Assembly (NCBI RefSeq): GCF_032191835.1
Contig: NC_083237.1
Span: 42,718,001-42,782,000 of the forward strand
Direction of reading: 5' to 3'
Source of the DNA: Heteronotia binoei
Lineage: Eukaryota
DNA length: 64,000 nt
This document shows positions 60,791 through 64,000 of this stretch, piece by piece. Under the pieces are notes generated by a model. That model did no database searches. It saw nothing but the letters and a program-made list of their open reading frames with translations, and had not been told where the DNA came from. The translations under genes were made by a program, and so were the position numbers. How positions within the stretch are numbered: the stretch's first letter is position 1; every line of letters starts with the position of its first letter.

Positions 60791-61051
60791 CTGTTAAGAG
60801 GTAGGAGAAGAGAAGGGGTACAATCGGTAAAATTACAACCACACTGAGTATAGAGTTAAATATCTTAAAACCTCTTCAAATGGATCCATTTAAAGGCACT
60901 GCATTAAATCATGGTGGTTGCTGCTGTTTTGGAATTGGCCTTAGAATAATTAAATGAAGGGGTTTTACCTCCCAATGGCTAATGTTAAATATTTTAGAAG
61001 CTTTAATGAGAACAATGCTGATACAATAGCTCAAGTTATCACACAAATATT

Positions 61052-61250
61052 ATAGCCCAGGCAAGCCTAATCTCGTCAGATCTCATAAACTAAGCAGGGT
61101 CGATTCTGGCAAGTACTTGGATGGGACACCTCCTTGGAATACCAGAAGTCGGGAGGTGGAGGCAGGCTTTATTCAGCCGCCTCCTTGAATATTCCCCAGA
61201 CCCTCAGTAGGGGTCAGTCACCAAAGGTTGCCATGACTTCCAGGTGCATA
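61052..61250 (+). mobile_element. 5S rRNA-derived SINE
   Basis: gcctaatctcgtcagatctc...ctaagcagggtcg...gtacttggatggga.acctcc.tggaatacc follows 5S rRNA and is then joined to a non-5S body, so it is not a functional 5S gene. Confidence 0.75.
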
Positions 61251-61644
61251 CACACACTCACACATGTACACACAGAAACACAGACATATAAATGCATGAA
61301 AATATATATATATATCACCACAGTGTTTAATAACTGGGCATTCTCGTTAGATTTATAGATCATTATCCTTAGGGTTATTATGCCCCATCAAAAAATCTAT
61401 TTAAAATCTATGTGGGGTACTGTTTGCATAGTTCAGAGCAATACAAATATTTTGTTTAAAATATGAATTTGTAAGCTTCATTGAGCTGTGGGAAAGGTGT
61501 ATTATATAAGTTTTATTTAAATAAATAAACAAATAATAATCTGAAAGCTCTATTTCCAGTTTATGTTCCAAAACCACATTGATATCTCTGTCTCAAGAAC
61601 TTGAGACCATTTTATTTCTATTGCAGACTTTCTCCTTCCAATTC

Positions 61645-64000
61645 ATTTATCTATCCTTATCATGTTCATCAACTTCTGCAATTTCGGTATTAACTCCTCT
61701 TTAAAGGTTTTAAAGTATTTAGCTGTATATCCATCTGGCCCAGGTGCCTTTCTATTTTTCATTGCATTAATTGCTGCTTCAATTTCTATTTTTTCAATTG
61801 GATCATTCAAAACTTTTCGCATATTTTCTGTTATGGGTTCTATTTTTATCTTTTGTAAATACTCATCCATCTTTTCTTTCTTTATTTTAACACCTTTAAA
61901 CAACTTGGCATAAAACAACTTTAAAAATTCCCTTTTTATTCCCTCTTGGCTAACCACCTCTTTGTCAGCTCGTATACATTGAAGTTTGCTTTATGACCTG
62001 GACTGTTTATTTACTGCCAACTAACCCCATGCCTTTTGCTATACTAACCCTAGTGTTGTAGAGGAATGTGAACGATGGCCAGGGGGGAAGCCGAAGTGCC
62101 AGCAGGCCGTTTAAAGTGCAAAACATCTCTCCGGTTCCCAGGCACCTAGCAGAGAAGGGCAGAGATGAGCAAGGTCATCACAAGGGAGGAGAGACTGTTA
62201 TGTAGGTGGGAGATAACAGATAAGCGCCCTGGCTCTCCTCAACAGAGGAGCCCCAGTTTTATTGTGGGAAATGATTTAAAACCCCTATCCTTTGATGTGT
62301 ATCCATATATGCTCATGCTTGCACCCCTTTTGTTATTACTATCAACGAACCTGCATAGTGAAATGCATTGCTGTAATCAATAAAAGGAAACTTTGTTTTT
62401 AACAAAGCCAAGCCTGTTCATTGTTGGAACTTTAATGCCCCTTCGCTGACACTCTCTTCCATCTACCACAATTTTATTGATAATTTTATTTTCTCTCTTT
62501 TTCTTCAGTTGCCAAGCCAAATATTTTCCAGGTTTGTTTGCACCCTCAAAAGATTTCTGCTGCAATCTTTTCACATTCCATTCCAATTCTTTATTTAACA
62601 AATGTCTCATTTGCGTTTGAAGTATTGTAATTTCCCTTATAATTTTCTTTTTCCCCTGGCCTTTTTTTCAACTCCCCTTCTTTTTTCTTTATTTCATTTT
62701 GAATGTCCAACATCTGTTTTTCTTTTACCCTCTTATCTTTGTTATTCAATGTAATCAATATTCCTCTCATTACTGCTTCATAAGCATCCCAGACTGTCTG
62801 AAATTCTATATCCTCTTTATCGTTTATTTGGAAGAAAGCTTTAGTTTCATTTTCTAGAGATGTCACTATTTCTTTATTATGTAGTAAATCTTCATTGAAT
62901 CTCCATCTTCTCAACTTCTTAGATAATTTTGTAACCCATATTATTGGGTTATGGTCAGTCCGAATTTTAGGTAAAATCTCTATTTTCTTTGTTATAAGGC
63001 CTAAGTCTTTTATACCTCACAACATGGCAATTCTGGAAAAAGTTTTATGTCTTGCTGAAAAAAGGTATAGTCGCGCACTTCAGGGTTAAATTTCCTGCAT
63101 ATATCCTCCAAATTTTCTTGTTTGACCAATTCAAAAAAAGACTTTGACAATTTTCCTTCTTTATTATTATTTTTTTCCCCAGACCTATCCAGTGTATTCT
63201 TAATTGTTCCATTAAAGTCCCCCATTATCAAAATTTGGTCATAAGTCAGTTCATCAAATTGTTGTGTAATGTCTTTTAAAAAAGCATCCTTTGCAACATT
63301 TGGTGCATACAGTCCCAATAACAACGTGTTTTTTTGCATTTAATATTATTTCTACTGCAACAAATCTTCCATCTTTATCTTTAAACACTAATTTCGGCTC
63401 CAATTCTTGTTTAATATAAAAAATCACTCCCCTTTTTTTCTGTTCAGCCAATGAATAAAATTCTAGTCCCAATTCTTTATTCCATAAAAATTTGTAATCC
63501 TTTTGTTTAATATGCACTTATTGTAAACAAACTATATTACAATTTTGCTTTTTAATCCAATGAAATGTTGTCCTTTTTTGTGGTGAATTGAGTCCATTTA
63601 CAATCCAGGACAATAATTTGTAATCCATCATAGTGCAAATTCTTTATGTTCTTCATAAAATCTATGTGGTTCCTGTGCATTTGTAATTGTGGTTCTTTTC
63701 CCCTGAAGTTCAAAGCTCAAACCTTCTGGTATTATCCATCAATACCTCATTTCATTTTCCCGTAATTTTTCTGTCAGTTTTTTTATATGTTCTTCTATCA
63801 TTTATCACTTGCCTTGGCAACTCCTTCATAATTCTTACTCTGATGCCTCCCACTATCAATGTCTTTTCAAAGTTTTTGTTCATGATCTTTCCCACCATTT
63901 CTTTTGTCATATATATCTTATGACAACATCTCTTGGTAAATTATTTTTTTTGGCAAAGAGTGAGTTCACTCTGTACATATAATCATACATATTCTTAGTC
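61645..64000 (-). mobile_element. L1 LINE: ORF1 end, ORF2 endonuclease and RT start; 3' part missing
   Basis: ORF2 starts ~63631 (MMDYKLLSWIVNGLNSP); GLYAPN, MGDFNG, WRFNEDLL, WDAYEAVMRG and KAPGPDGYT; several frameshifts. Confidence 0.93.
61963..62451 (+). mobile_element. Solo LTR (489 bp) inserted in L1 ORF2
   Basis: TGTCAGC...GCTGACA termini, 5-bp TSD ctctt/ctctc, AATAAA near 62379. Removing it restores the L1 frame KIVVDGR-EVVSQEG. Confidence 0.85.

Noticed and set aside
61052-61146. 5S rRNA gene
   Set aside because: Diverged, incomplete and fused to a SINE body.

Overview
Repeat-rich vertebrate genomic DNA. The SINE, MITE and LINE families suggest a squamate reptile, probably a gecko (inference). 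Host genes: (i) a complete six-coding-exon CD8A gene on the minus strand (22943 to 7495, 228 aa), which I assembled by hand from splice sites; (ii) two intact single-exon class II olfactory receptor genes (2999..3946 minus; 46573..47526 plus); (iii) an isolated intact fibronectin type II exon (60626..60790 minus) whose parent gene is unresolved; (iv) a possible first exon running off the left edge. The most striking mobile DNA is a 6.1-kb Ngaro-type tyrosine-recombinase retrotransposon (31971..38053). It has split direct repeats A1-B1-A2-B2 and decayed gag, RT/RNaseH, YR and SGNH-hydrolase ORFs. Its empty target site survives in a local duplicate about 360 bp downstream, exposing an AAT crossover core. 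A second, divergent Ngaro remnant lies at 56605..58053. The rest is L1, L2, CR1 and RTE-X LINE pieces, tRNA- and 5S-derived SINEs, hAT and Harbinger MITEs, solo LTRs, local duplications and three N gaps. No database search was possible, so family names rest on recognised motifs. I found no clearly undescribed system. The best leads are the Ngaro integration footprint, the CD8A neighbourhood and the orphan FN2 exon.
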